Assembly: GCA_045863335.1 (NCBI GenBank)
Contig: BTVY01000017.1
Coordinates: 32,001-96,000 of the forward strand
Direction of reading: 5' to 3'
Length of the DNA stretch: 64,000 nucleotides
Source of the DNA: Candidatus Hydrogenedentota bacterium
GTDB taxonomy: Bacteria; Hydrogenedentota; Hydrogenedentia; Hydrogenedentales; SLHB01
Shown here: piece after piece, positions 49,340 through 59,718 of the stretch
Numbering within the stretch: position 1 is the stretch's first letter
Layout: each line of letters begins with the position of its first letter
Translations under genes and position numbers: made by a program
Notes under the pieces: model-generated
The model's database searches: none
What the model was told of the DNA's origin: nothing
What the model saw: only the letters and a program-made list of their open reading frames with translations

Positions 49340-52300
49340 ATGTTTCGCGCGATCGGTCCGGTTGTAGCGGCATTCGTCATTGCCAGTGCGTGCGTTTCCA
49401 CCGCCGAAGACTGGCCCACATGGCGCTTCGACGGCGGCCGCACGGCTGCTTCGCCCGAAGCATTGCCTGCCGATCTACACCTGCTATGGATCCGCCAATA
49501 CACGCCGCGGGAACCCGTGTGGGACGATCCGTTGAACCGGGACCTCATGCCCTATGACGAGATCTTTGAGCCGATTGTATCTCGCCAAACACTCTTTCAG
49601 GGCTTTAACGACAGCGACAAAGTCGTAGCTTTAGACACCGGCTCTGGTGAGGAGCGGTGGCGGCGATACTTCGACGGGCCGGTACGGTTCGCCCCGCTGG
49701 CCTGGAATGACAAGCTCTACGTATGCTGCGACGATGGATATCTCTACTGCTTGCAGGCGCACGACGGAGCGATCGTCTGGAGGTTCAGGGGCGGACCATC
49801 TGACCGGAAGATCCTCGGCAACAAGCGGCTGATCTCCACCTGGCCCGTCCGGGGTGCGCCGGTCATCGCAGACGGTGTCATCTACTTCGGGGCCAGCATC
49901 TGGCCCATGATGGGGATCTTCATCTACGCGCTTGACGCGGAGACCGGCGACCCACTCTGGGTGAACGACGGGCAGAGCATGGACTACATCTTGCAGCCGC
50001 ACAATTCCCCGGCTTTCGCAGGCGTCGCGCCTCAAGGGTACTTCGTCATGGCAGGGGAGCGGCTTCTGGTGCCCGGCGGCCGATCCGTTCCTGCCGGTTT
50101 CAACCGGAAAACCGGGACGCTGGATTACTACCGGTTTGCCGAACACAACAAGACCGGCGGCGCGTTTGTCGCCGCCATTGGAGGCATTTACTTCAATCAC
50201 TATCGCGAAGGCGAAGTGAACATGTACGCCGCAGCCACGGGCGACGCGTTGCTTTCTCGCATAGGCATTCAGCCGGTCTTGACGCCTGATACGGTCTTCT
50301 TCCGCGGTGACTCCGTTCGTGCTTTCTCGCTGAGTTCTCTCGTTGCCCCGCCCGAGGGTTCCCAGACAACGCCGCGCTGGGAAATACCGGTAGACGCCAC
50401 AGCAGATCTTATCAAGGCCGGCAACCGGCTTTACGCCGCAGGCGGAGATTCCGTGACAGCCCTGGAACTGAACGATTCCGGTCAGCAACCAAAGATTGCC
50501 TGGCGAAAGCGCGTGCAGGGCGATGTGCGGCGTTTGATCGCGGCGGACGCCAAGCTGTTCGCAGTAACCGCAGAAGGCGGGATTCTATGCTTCGGGTCTA
50601 CTTCCGAACCGGCCCGGCACCATCTTTCGTCGCCGGTATACACCGGCCCGGCTCAGGACGCCGATGCCGCGTCCCGTCACATTCTCGAAGCAACGGATGT
50701 TCGCGACGGCTATGCACTGGTCCACAACGCGGACAATGTCTCCACGCTGATCGCCTTGGCCCAACGTTCGGATTTGCAAATCATCTCAATCCAGCCTGAT
50801 GAAGCGCATGTACATGCATGGCGGCGCACGCTGGACGATGAAGGACTCTACGGTGTCCGCGTGGCGGTGCTCCACGGTACACCCATGACCTTAGACCTTC
50901 CTCCGTACCTCGCATCCCTGACCGTCGTCGACAATCGAGAATCCAGCAGCATCTTGAAGGACCAAGAGCTTCTGAATCGACTGTTCCATTCCACGCGGCC
51001 CTATGGCGGAAAGCTCTGCTTACTCTCCAATCCAGGGAACGATCCCGCTGACTTTACCAACTGGATCCAGTCCGGCCAGTCTCCCGGATTCACCATTGTG
51101 GACGCGCAGTTACAGGTCGCGTCGCGGGAGGGCCCCCTGCCGGGTGCGGGGCAGTGGACGCACATGTACGGGAACATTGCGAACACCACCAAGTCGGACG
51201 ACCAACTGGTTCGGCTTCCGCTGGGCCTCCTGTGGTTCGGCGGCAGCAGCAACCTTGATGTGTTGCCGAGGCACGGACATGGTCCTCCGGAGCAAGTCAT
51301 CGGCGGCCGCCTGTTCATCCAGGGGATGGACTGCATGAGCGCGCGCGATGTCTACACGGGCCGGGTGCTCTGGAAAACCGAACTTCACGACCTCGGAACC
51401 TACGGCGTGTATTTCGACGAAACGTACAAAGATACACCCACCGACACGCGCTACAACCAGGTGCACATTCCCGGCGCCAACATCCGGGGATCGAATTTCG
51501 TGGCGACGGAGGACCGCGTGTACGTCGCGCAAGGCAGCGCATGCACGGTACTCGACGCCGCGGACGGCGAGATCCTACAAACGATTAATCTGCCGCCCGT
51601 GGACCCCACGGCCCGGCGTCCTCAAGGCCCGCCATGGGCCTACATCGGTTGCTATGATGACCTTCTCTTCGGCGGCTACGGATTCATGGCTTTTTCCGAT
51701 CTGCTTGACAGCAGGAAGGAGGAGTACTCGATCTGGACGGACTTCGATACCAGTGCCAGCAAAGGGATCATCGCCTTCGACCGCTACACCGGCGAGCAAC
51801 GGTGGCGCGTCGATGCAGTCCACGGGTTTCTTCACAACGGGATTGCGGTCGGCGGCGGAACCATGTATTGCCTCGATCGGTTGCCGTTATTCCTGGAAGA
51901 GCAACTGGAACGCCGGGGTATCGAACCGCCGGACAACTACAGGCTCATCGCAATTGATGTATCGACCGGGAAAATCCGATGGGAGAAGCATCAGGATGTG
52001 TTCGGGTCATTCCTGGCCTATTCCGAGGAAGACGACATCTTGCTACAGTCGACCCGGCCATCAAGAGACATGACCGAAGGTGAGGACGGAGCGCGCATGC
52101 TCGCCTACACCGGCGCCAGCGGTCGGAAGCTTTGGGATACCGATACCACGTATTCGTCCGTTCCCATGTTGCACAACGGCCGTGTCGTGACCCAGGACGG
52201 CATGCTCGCGCTGCACACTGGGGAACCCGTAATGCGCGTGAATCCGCTTACCGGCATCGAAGAACCCTGGACATGGCAACGGCACTACGGATGCAACTAT

Positions 52301-53080
52301 CCCATTGCCAGCGAGCACCTGCTCACGTTTCGTTCAGCCGCTGCAGGCTTCTACGACTTCGAGCATGACGGCGGAACAGGCAACTTCGGAGGCTTCAAGT
52401 CGAGTTGTTCCTCCAATCTCGTGGCAGCGGACGGTGTCCTCAACGCGCCCGACTATACCCGGACGTGCAGTTGCAGCTACCAGAATCAGACGTCCCTGGC
52501 AATGGTCCACATGCCGGAGTCTGAACTGTGGACATTCAACGCGTACACCACCGGCAACGCACCGGTGACACGCGTGGGCATCAACTTCGGCGCGCCGGGC
52601 GATCGGCGTGCTGATGACGGTACGCTTTGGTTGGAGTATCCCAGCGTGGGAGGGCTCTCACCGGAGATTCCGGTAGAGATCACGTATGCCGAATCGGAAC
52701 CGGAACTCTTTCGTCATCATTCGTCGGAGTTCGGTGGCGCGGGTTTCCCCTGGGTCAATGCGTCCGGCGTCGCGAATGTAGAGTCTTTGCGCCTCACGCT
52801 TGCGGAAGGCGGGAGCGAGGAGCGGCCCTACACGGTCCGGCTGCACTTTGCCGAGCCTGAAGCGGCCCAACCCGGAGCACGGGTGTTCGATGTCGCATTG
52901 CAGGGAACGAATGTGCTTGAACAGTTCGACATCATTCGTGAAGCCGGCCAGGAGCGACACGGCGTCGTAAAGGAGTTCAGAAACGTTCCTGTGAAGTCCG
53001 TGCTGGATCTGGAATTCGAATCATCCGGTGCAAACGCGCCACTGCTTTGCGGCATCGAAATGATCGCAGAGGGGGGCTGA
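49340..53080 (+). CDS. PQQ-like beta-propeller protein with an internal MTase-like domain and C-terminal malectin domain
   Basis: EDWPTWRFDGGRT; repeated ALDxxxG..W blades; LPPYLASL...RPYGG; YTVRLHFAEP...RVFDVALQG. Confidence 0.85.
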   Translation: MFRAIGPVVAAFVIASACVSTAEDWPTWRFDGGRTAASPEALPADLHLLWIRQYTPREPVWDDPLNRDLMPYDEIFEPIVSRQTLFQGFNDSDKVVALDTGSGEERWRRYFDGPVRFAPLAWNDKLYVCCDDGYLYCLQAHDGAIVWRFRGGPSDRKILGNKRLISTWPVRGAPVIADGVIYFGASIWPMMGIFIYALDAETGDPLWVNDGQSMDYILQPHNSPAFAGVAPQGYFVMAGERLLVPGGRSVPAGFNRKTGTLDYYRFAEHNKTGGAFVAAIGGIYFNHYREGEVNMYAAATGDALLSRIGIQPVLTPDTVFFRGDSVRAFSLSSLVAPPEGSQTTPRWEIPVDATADLIKAGNRLYAAGGDSVTALELNDSGQQPKIAWRKRVQGDVRRLIAADAKLFAVTAEGGILCFGSTSEPARHHLSSPVYTGPAQDADAASRHILEATDVRDGYALVHNADNVSTLIALAQRSDLQIISIQPDEAHVHAWRRTLDDEGLYGVRVAVLHGTPMTLDLPPYLASLTVVDNRESSSILKDQELLNRLFHSTRPYGGKLCLLSNPGNDPADFTNWIQSGQSPGFTIVDAQLQVASREGPLPGAGQWTHMYGNIANTTKSDDQLVRLPLGLLWFGGSSNLDVLPRHGHGPPEQVIGGRLFIQGMDCMSARDVYTGRVLWKTELHDLGTYGVYFDETYKDTPTDTRYNQVHIPGANIRGSNFVATEDRVYVAQGSACTVLDAADGEILQTINLPPVDPTARRPQGPPWAYIGCYDDLLFGGYGFMAFSDLLDSRKEEYSIWTDFDTSASKGIIAFDRYTGEQRWRVDAVHGFLHNGIAVGGGTMYCLDRLPLFLEEQLERRGIEPPDNYRLIAIDVSTGKIRWEKHQDVFGSFLAYSEEDDILLQSTRPSRDMTEGEDGARMLAYTGASGRKLWDTDTTYSSVPMLHNGRVVTQDGMLALHTGEPVMRVNPLTGIEEPWTWQRHYGCNYPIASEHLLTFRSAAAGFYDFEHDGGTGNFGGFKSSCSSNLVAADGVLNAPDYTRTCSCSYQNQTSLAMVHMPESELWTFNAYTTGNAPVTRVGINFGAPGDRRADDGTLWLEYPSVGGLSPEIPVEITYAESEPELFRHHSSEFGGAGFPWVNASGVANVESLRLTLAEGGSEERPYTVRLHFAEPEAAQPGARVFDVALQGTNVLEQFDIIREAGQERHGVVKEFRNVPVKSVLDLEFESSGANAPLLCGIEMIAEGG

Positions 53081-54243
53081 TGCGCGGATTCGCAGCGGTC
53101 GCATGTGCATGGTGTGTGATTCTGGCGCAACCGGTTCTGGCGTGTGATGTGCCCGTGTTTCGCTACGCCCTGGAGCGTTGGCAACCCGACGCGTACGAGG
53201 TAGTCCTATTGCACGAGTCGCCGCTGAACGCGGATGCCGCGGCACTTTGGCAGACCATCACACAGGCCGCGTCCGTTCCGGATTCGCTGAACCTTCGCAT
53301 TCGAGGAGCGGATTCTGGACGCGTTCCGGACCCAGGACTCAAAACCCGCTGGAGGTCGGAAACGAACGGGGCCACGCCGTGGTTGGCCCTGTATTACCCG
53401 GCATCGGCTTCGCGGCAATCCTACCTCTGGGCGGGTCCGATTACAGAGTCGAACTGCGAGGCCCTATTGGACTCGCCAGCCCGGCGCGCAATCGCACAGG
53501 CGCTCCTGGATGGTGAATCCGCGGTTTTTGTTTTGGTCGAATCCGGTGATGAAACGGCTGATCTAGTTGCCGCCGAAACCTTGGAGCGCGAGTTGGCTGC
53601 AGCCGAATCCTCGCTCGAATTGCCCGGGCGGGTAGATGACGAAGTGCCCGACATCGACGAGCAGAAGGTCCGCATTGCCTTCTCCATGGAGCGCGTATCG
53701 CGCAAAGATCCCAGCGAGCAGATCTTCGTCGAAATGCTTCTCGGAAGCGAACCCGGTCTGCGCAGTATCGACGCGCCGATGGTGTTCCCGATTTACGGCC
53801 GGGGCCGCTCGTTGTATGCGCTGGCGGGAAACGGCATCAACCCCAAAACCATTCGTCAGGCTTGTACACTGGTCGCGGGTCCGTGCAGTTGCGACATTAA
53901 GGATGAGAATCCCGGCATCGACCTCCTTTTTGCCGTGAACTGGGATGCGCGCATTCACGAATTCCTGTTGGGAAACCCGGAACCGGCGGTAGTTCCTGGT
54001 CCGGCCCTGCTCCAAGCCTCCGATCCGAAGACTGCCGAAGGAAACAGCGAGAATGACGTTTCCACTGGGACGGTTGCAGTGGGTATCGCCAAAGACAGCG
54101 AAATCGCCAGTGAAGAAGATGTTTCCCGTGGCCGGACATTCTCTCCGCTTGTGAGTGTCGCGCTCGCGATTGCGGTCGCCATAGTCGCGGTACTCGCGGG
54201 TTCGGTCGCGTTGGCGTATCGGAAAGGCGGGAGGGAAGCATGA
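53080..54243 (+). CDS. Exported hypothetical protein with a C-terminal TM anchor
   Basis: Signal peptide then CDVPVFRYALERW; FPIYGRGR, GPCSCDIK. Confidence 0.8.
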   Translation: MRGFAAVACAWCVILAQPVLACDVPVFRYALERWQPDAYEVVLLHESPLNADAAALWQTITQAASVPDSLNLRIRGADSGRVPDPGLKTRWRSETNGATPWLALYYPASASRQSYLWAGPITESNCEALLDSPARRAIAQALLDGESAVFVLVESGDETADLVAAETLERELAAAESSLELPGRVDDEVPDIDEQKVRIAFSMERVSRKDPSEQIFVEMLLGSEPGLRSIDAPMVFPIYGRGRSLYALAGNGINPKTIRQACTLVAGPCSCDIKDENPGIDLLFAVNWDARIHEFLLGNPEPAVVPGPALLQASDPKTAEGNSENDVSTGTVAVGIAKDSEIASEEDVSRGRTFSPLVSVALAIAVAIVAVLAGSVALAYRKGGREA

Positions 54244-55529
54244 GTCTTTGGCGGCTAGTGCTTTGCGAAATCCGCTACCGCAAGATTGATTTCTGTGTGA
54301 GTGCCACCGTAGTTACGCTCGCCGTTGCTTTCTTTGTCGCGGTCATGACCTTGCTCAGGGCTCATGAAGCCAGGGCCGCAGACCTTGCCTCCATTCGACA
54401 TGAAGAGACGCTCGCGTTAATGCGTGCCGTTGAAGACGATTACCGCAAGATTACACTGAAATCCGGATACAACGTTCTGATTCTGAGTCAAGACCAGAAT
54501 CTCGCCGAATTCTATGCACAGGGATTTGCAACGAAGGTCATTCCGGAAACCTACGTGACTCGGCTCGCGGAATCGCCGCTCGTCACGGTACGACACCTGA
54601 TGCCGACCTTGAGTGAGACCATTGCCTGGCCCGGACGAGAGGATGTGCGAGTAATTCTGATGGGCGTGCGAAGCGAGATCCCGCAGACTCATCTCGATCC
54701 AAAGGCGCCCCTCTCGCAACCCGTCGAACCGGGCGCCGCGCGATTAGGTCATGTGATTGCGGCGCAACTGGGTCTCTATCCTGGCGATACCTTTGACCTG
54801 CGAGGCCACGCATTCACGGTCGCGGAGATCCAGTCCGAGCGGGGAAACGCGGACGACGTTACGGTCTGGTTGCACCTTGAAGATGCACAAGCGGTGCTTG
54901 GTGAGCCCGGACGAATCAACGCAATCATGGCCTTGAGTTGCCATTGCGCGGGAGCATCATTGGAAGGCCTTCGCAGTGAGATCGCCAAGGTCCTCCCCGA
55001 TACGCAGGTCATTCAGCTCGCCGCGCAAACCGACGTCCGCGCGCTCGCTCGCGACCGCGCCGCCGCATTGAGTGGAGAAACTGTTGCGGCCGAAGAGACC
55101 TATCATCGCGCGCAGCAGTCTCAACGAGAAGCGTTGGCTACCTGGCTATTCCCCGTCGTATTGCTGGGATCGGGCGCGTGGGTGGGTCTACAGTTCCTCT
55201 CCAACGTCCGGACCCGGCGCTCCGAAATCGGCATCTGGCGCGCCCTGGGTTTGCAGTCGCGCCAGATTACATGCATCTTTCTGACAAAGGCAGTTCTGTT
55301 GGGTGTATTGGGCGCGATAACCGGCTATCTACTTGGGTTCGCTACCGGATTGGCATGGAGCCATCACGAGGGCGTGAACGTGGGTGAGTACGGCGCCTGG
55401 ACACTCTTCGACGAGCGGCTCTTGATTGGGGCCTTGGCGCTCGCGCCCCTGCTAAGCGTGTTGGCAAGTTGGCTCCCAACCCAGATGGCGGCACGGCAAG
55501 ATCCTGTCGTCGCGCTGCGAAACGACTAA
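54240..55529 (+). CDS. FtsX/MacB-like ABC permease
   Basis: NVRTRRSEIGIWRALG, AARQDPVVAL. Confidence 0.88.
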   Translation: MSLWRLVLCEIRYRKIDFCVSATVVTLAVAFFVAVMTLLRAHEARAADLASIRHEETLALMRAVEDDYRKITLKSGYNVLILSQDQNLAEFYAQGFATKVIPETYVTRLAESPLVTVRHLMPTLSETIAWPGREDVRVILMGVRSEIPQTHLDPKAPLSQPVEPGAARLGHVIAAQLGLYPGDTFDLRGHAFTVAEIQSERGNADDVTVWLHLEDAQAVLGEPGRINAIMALSCHCAGASLEGLRSEIAKVLPDTQVIQLAAQTDVRALARDRAAALSGETVAAEETYHRAQQSQREALATWLFPVVLLGSGAWVGLQFLSNVRTRRSEIGIWRALGLQSRQITCIFLTKAVLLGVLGAITGYLLGFATGLAWSHHEGVNVGEYGAWTLFDERLLIGALALAPLLSVLASWLPTQMAARQDPVVALRND

Positions 55530-55532
55530 CTC

Positions 55533-56213
55533 ATGATATTGCTCCAGGCGAACAATCTCAGAAAATCATTCCCAGGACCCGCGGGGCCCGTCCACGCCTT
55601 GGACGGCGTCTCGCTAACACTGAATGCAGGCGGTTTTATAGCCGTGAAGGGTCCGAGCGGTTGCGGGAAATCAACGCTGCTTTTCACACTTGGCGCCCTG
55701 CTTCGCCCTGACTCCGGCAGTCTCAGGCTGCTGGAGTCCGACCCATACGGTCTGACGAGCGACGCGCGCGCCCAATTGCGTGCGAGCACCATTGGTTTCG
55801 TCTTTCAACAGTTCCACCTGGCGCCCTACCTGACCGTGTTGGACAACGTCCGGGCGCCTGCCTTGGCATTGTCGTCAGGCGACTCTCTCACGCGGGCAAA
55901 GGAATTGGTAGAACAATTCGGCTTGACTCGTCGGGCAAGCCACGTGCCATCCATGCTCAGTACCGGCGAACGCCAACGGACCGCGCTGGCCCGCGCGCTT
56001 CTGAACCGTCCCAAGATCCTCCTTGCCGATGAGCCGACGGGCAATCTGGACGAGGACAACACCACGATCGTGTTGGAAGCGCTGAAGCAGTTCGCAGACC
56101 AAGGCGGAGGCGTTATCCTCGTGACACACGAAAGCCGCGCAAGCAATCAAGCGGGAACAATTCTGGAAATGCGCGACGGCCGGCTGGGTACGACCGCGGC
56201 AACCCTCGTCTAA
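55533..56213 (+). CDS. ABC transporter ATP-binding protein (LolD/MacB-like)
   Basis: GPSGCGKST, LSTGERQR, LADEPTGNLD. Confidence 0.95.
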   Translation: MILLQANNLRKSFPGPAGPVHALDGVSLTLNAGGFIAVKGPSGCGKSTLLFTLGALLRPDSGSLRLLESDPYGLTSDARAQLRASTIGFVFQQFHLAPYLTVLDNVRAPALALSSGDSLTRAKELVEQFGLTRRASHVPSMLSTGERQRTALARALLNRPKILLADEPTGNLDEDNTTIVLEALKQFADQGGGVILVTHESRASNQAGTILEMRDGRLGTTAATLV

Positions 56214-56261
56214 GCCCCATATCCGGGTGCGCAAGAACCCTACGTGTAAACCGCGGCCACC

Positions 56262-56504
56262 TCAGTGGTCGCAGCAATTATCCGTGACTTCAAGCGCCCC
56301 CGCGATAGAGGAACGGGCGCTGGCGATCGGATCGGCCGACGCCGCGCCGACGACAACCTGGATGCCGTGGCCTTGGAGCAGTTGCAGCGCGCGCTGGCCC
56401 ATTCCGCCTGCGATAACGTGCGTTATTCCCTGGGTGTGCAGCCACGCCGGCAACACGCCCGGCTCGTGCGGCGGCGGGGTCGCGTATTGAGCTTCGGGGA
56501 ACAA
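56262..56504 (-). pseudogene. NifB/NifX-family (FeMo-co binding-like) protein, N-terminally truncated
   Basis: PPPHEPGVLPAWL...VIAGGMGQRA...NCCDH; no KIAIP...HFGH N-terminus found upstream. Confidence 0.7.
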
Positions 56505-56695
56505 TTCACCGTCCCCATCGACCGCCTGCTACGGTCCGCCAGAACTCCATCGTGTCCGTCAAAATAGGGTATCCCAAAACCCGAATTCCCATCCCCTCCG
56601 CCCAGAAGCAGGACGAAGAGGCCATTTCTACTTTGCACCGGGCGGACACTTTCCACTTGCGCCTGCCGAACAACCGCACGAACAACCGCACGGTC

Positions 56696-56724
56696 TTGAC
56701 AAATCGATAGTAAAGTTCTATTCT
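56696..56724 (+). promoter_or_regulatory. Sigma70-type promoter upstream of the aminotransferase
   Basis: TTGACA-17 nt-TATTCT. Confidence 0.65.
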
Positions 56725-56763
56725 AAACACCTGTGGGGGCCACGAAAGGGGCTGTGCCGGGCC

Positions 56764-57903
56764 ATGCCTGGAGGATCTGCGGTGGGGGTCCCATTTCTCG
56801 ATCTTCAGTCCCAATACCAGTCTATCCGAGACGAAATCGCATCAACCATCCACGAAGTTCTTGAATCGTGTGCATTCGCCGGCGGACCGTACGTCGAACG
56901 ATTCGAGCGCGAGTTTGCGACCTATTGCGGGAGACAGTTTGCAATCGGTGTCGGGAGCGGTACTGACGCCCTCTGGCTGGCGATGACCGCCTTGGGCGTG
57001 GGCCCCGAGGATGAGGTCATTACCATTCCTACCACTTTCTTTGCTACGGCTGAAGCAATCAGCCTGTGCGGGGCGAAACCTGTATTCGTTGATATCGACC
57101 CGTACACCTACACGATGCAACCGGAATTGCTAGAAGATGCCATTGGTCCTCGGACGAAGGCCATTGTGCCAGTCCACATGTTCGGGCAACCAACGGACAT
57201 GGATCCCGTGTTGGAAGTTGCTGCCCGGCATGGACTCAGAGTAATTGAGGACGCCTGCCAGGCACATGGTGCGGAGTACAATGGCCGCCGCGCAGGCTCG
57301 TTCGGAGACGCCGGATGTTTCAGCTTTTATCCGGGTAAGAACCTTGGTGCCTATGGTGAGGCCGGCGCTGTCGTTGTAGACGACGAAGCGTTGGCGCAAG
57401 TCCTCCGCACGTTGCGTGACCACGGACAGTCTCGAAAACACGACCACGTGCGCATTGGCTGGAACGCGCGCATGGATGGCATCCAGGGCGCGGTGCTGTC
57501 CGTGAAACTGAAGTATCTTGAATCATGGACGGACGCTCGTCGCCGCCACGCGCGTGAGTACTCCCGCGCGCTGGCGGAATTGGAGGAACTCGTACCACCA
57601 TTCGAGGCCCCGAATGTCCGCCATGTCTACCACATTTACGCAATCCGTGCGTCAAATCGTGACCGATTGGCAGGCGCACTCCGTAGTGACGGAGTGCAAT
57701 GTGCGATTCATTACCCGACACCAATTCATCTGCAGCCTGCATACCGGTGTCTCGGGTACGTGGAGAATAGCTTCCCGGTGGCGGAAGCATGCGCCGACGA
57801 GTTCTTGTCGTTGCCAATGTACCCCGAATTGGTCGAGTCGCAAATTGAAGAAGTTGTTTCATCGCTCAGTAGGCACCGTTCGGCAGTGGCACATCCAGCG
57901 TAG
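56764..57903 (+). CDS. DegT/DnrJ/EryC1/StrS aminotransferase
   Basis: VPFLDL, GSGTDAL, IEDACQAHG, SFYPGKNLGAYGEAG. Confidence 0.95.
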   Translation: MPGGSAVGVPFLDLQSQYQSIRDEIASTIHEVLESCAFAGGPYVERFEREFATYCGRQFAIGVGSGTDALWLAMTALGVGPEDEVITIPTTFFATAEAISLCGAKPVFVDIDPYTYTMQPELLEDAIGPRTKAIVPVHMFGQPTDMDPVLEVAARHGLRVIEDACQAHGAEYNGRRAGSFGDAGCFSFYPGKNLGAYGEAGAVVVDDEALAQVLRTLRDHGQSRKHDHVRIGWNARMDGIQGAVLSVKLKYLESWTDARRRHAREYSRALAELEELVPPFEAPNVRHVYHIYAIRASNRDRLAGALRSDGVQCAIHYPTPIHLQPAYRCLGYVENSFPVAEACADEFLSLPMYPELVESQIEEVVSSLSRHRSAVAHPA

Positions 57904-57987
57904 TCGACGCGGTGAGGAACTCACGAGTGCTTTCGTGTTTCATCGCCACGCACAGCGGTGACGCAACAATTGAAGGAGGGAAGAGTA

Positions 57988-58392
57988 ATGGTTCGCAAAC
58001 AAATCACCGTCTTTCTACTTGTAGCGGGCTTTGTCGGGGTATTGGGCGCGTCTGCCTGCGAAATCGACATCAAACCCGGAAGCGATCCGAACACCATAAA
58101 CATTTCGAGCAATGGAATGGTCGCGGTGGCGCTTTTCTCAATGGGCACGATCTATGTGCCGAACTTCGTTGATTTCGACACAGTCGTATTCGCGGGTGCC
58201 GTGCCGGTGCGCTGGGGCCTTGAGGACGTGGACGGCGATGGGGTGGATGATGCTGTATTCCACTTTGCAGTGCAGGAGCTGGACGTGGACGCAACAAGCA
58301 CGTCAGCGTCGTTGACATTCTCGAACCTGTGGGGAAACCAGTATACATGCACCGACACGGTGAGGATCGTCGACGCTAACGCCAAAAACTGA
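57988..58392 (+). CDS. Small secreted protein (IDIKPGSDPN domain, acidic Ca-binding loop)
   Basis: GGAGG RBS, signal peptide, EIDIKPGSDPNTIN, EDVDGDGVDD. Confidence 0.8.
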   Translation: MVRKQITVFLLVAGFVGVLGASACEIDIKPGSDPNTINISSNGMVAVALFSMGTIYVPNFVDFDTVVFAGAVPVRWGLEDVDGDGVDDAVFHFAVQELDVDATSTSASLTFSNLWGNQYTCTDTVRIVDANAKN

Positions 58393-58568
58393 GGCGCGCA
58401 CGTGCATGCCAACATCTCGAAAACTTTAGGTGTGATCCAAGTTAAAAGCACGGGGAACCAGCCCGCCAGACCAGTCCCGCCGTGCTTTCCAGACCTCTCC
58501 GTCGCGCTTGATGGTACCGGTGCGAACAGGCGGTCAGAAAGTGACTTGCCACATTAGTGCTTCTTCCG

Positions 58569-59258
58569 CTACCCCCCGTTTCCTGACTGCACACGCACCG
58601 TTGTGCTTCGAAGTATCCGCGCAGGATTTCCCGCGACGACGGCATTGGGCGGTACGTCTCGCGTGACCACGCTTCCCGCCCCAACCATGGCGCCTTGGCC
58701 CACGGTTACACCACACAAGATCGTCGCTCCCGAACCGATGGATGCGCCCTCGCATATTCGGGTTGGGATGCATTCCCAATCCACTTCAGTTTGAGGCCGG
58801 CCATCATCGCAGGTTGCGCGCGGGTACGCGTCGTTAATGAATGTCACGCCGTGGCCAATGAAAACATTGTTCTCGATGGTTACGCCTTCGCAAATGAAGG
58901 TGTGACTTGAGATCTTACAGCTCCTTCCGATTCGGACCCCTTTCTGAATCTCAACAAACGTGCCGATTCGGCTGTCATCCCCAATCTGACATCCATAGAG
59001 ATTGACGAAGTCCCGCAGGACAACCCGCTCGCCAATCTCCACATCCGGCGCGATGACCTGCCGACTGCCGCGCGCAATTGCGGGCGCCCCCGGTCGACTC
59101 GATGGAATCGTTGGACCGTTTGATTTCCAAATCGTGGGCGGCGATGTCAAGTGAAGCAGAGGCGAGTCCAATTGAGTCTTCGCACCCCGCGAAACCGCCC
59201 AAACAGAAATGATCCCTCGAAACAACCCGGTCGAACGGCGTCGGGCTAATGTAAACAT
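58569..59258 (-). CDS. Hexapeptide-repeat sugar N-acetyltransferase (WbpD-like)
   Basis: NLYGCQIG, FVEIQKG, FICEGVTI, GAMVGAGSVVTRDVP, GNPAR. Confidence 0.9.
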   Translation of the reverse strand: MFTLARRRSTGLFRGIISVWAVSRGAKTQLDSPLLHLTSPPTIWKSNGPTIPSSRPGAPAIARGSRQVIAPDVEIGERVVLRDFVNLYGCQIGDDSRIGTFVEIQKGVRIGRSCKISSHTFICEGVTIENNVFIGHGVTFINDAYPRATCDDGRPQTEVDWECIPTRICEGASIGSGATILCGVTVGQGAMVGAGSVVTRDVPPNAVVAGNPARILRSTTVRVQSGNGG

Positions 59259-59718
59259 GATTCCTCCTTCGTACGAACCGATACACCATCTGCGTCATAC
59301 TCCACATCAGGACACGGCCTCCCGGCTTTGGCAAACGCCCGCTCGTACGCCAAGCACAGGGGTCGCTTCGAATGCTGCCACGAAAGAGATTGCCGGATAC
59401 GGGCGAGACCCCGCGCGCCCAGCGTCGCGCGAAGCGACGGGTTGTCCAGCAGGTGCGCGATCGAATCGCCAAACGCACGATAGTCGTTCCCCGGAGCGTA
59501 CAGCGCAGCGTCCGCGGCGGAGGCGCGGGTCTCAACCAATTCAAATGCCACGACAGGCTTGCCCACTGCCATATACTCCATCGTCTTATTCATCGTCGAG
59601 ACATCATTGAGCGGATTCTTCGGATCGGGGCACACACAAACGTCTGCCGTAGACAAGGCCTCAAGAAGTGCTTCGTCCGGCACGCGGCCCGTGAACGTCA
59701 CGCGGTCTTCCAGGTCTA
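59246..59718 (-). pseudogene. Glycosyltransferase family 4, C-terminal fragment cut by IS630
   Basis: DLEDRVTFTGRVPD, NKTMEYMAVGKPVVAF, LSWQHS; the frame begins at the IS end. Confidence 0.85.
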
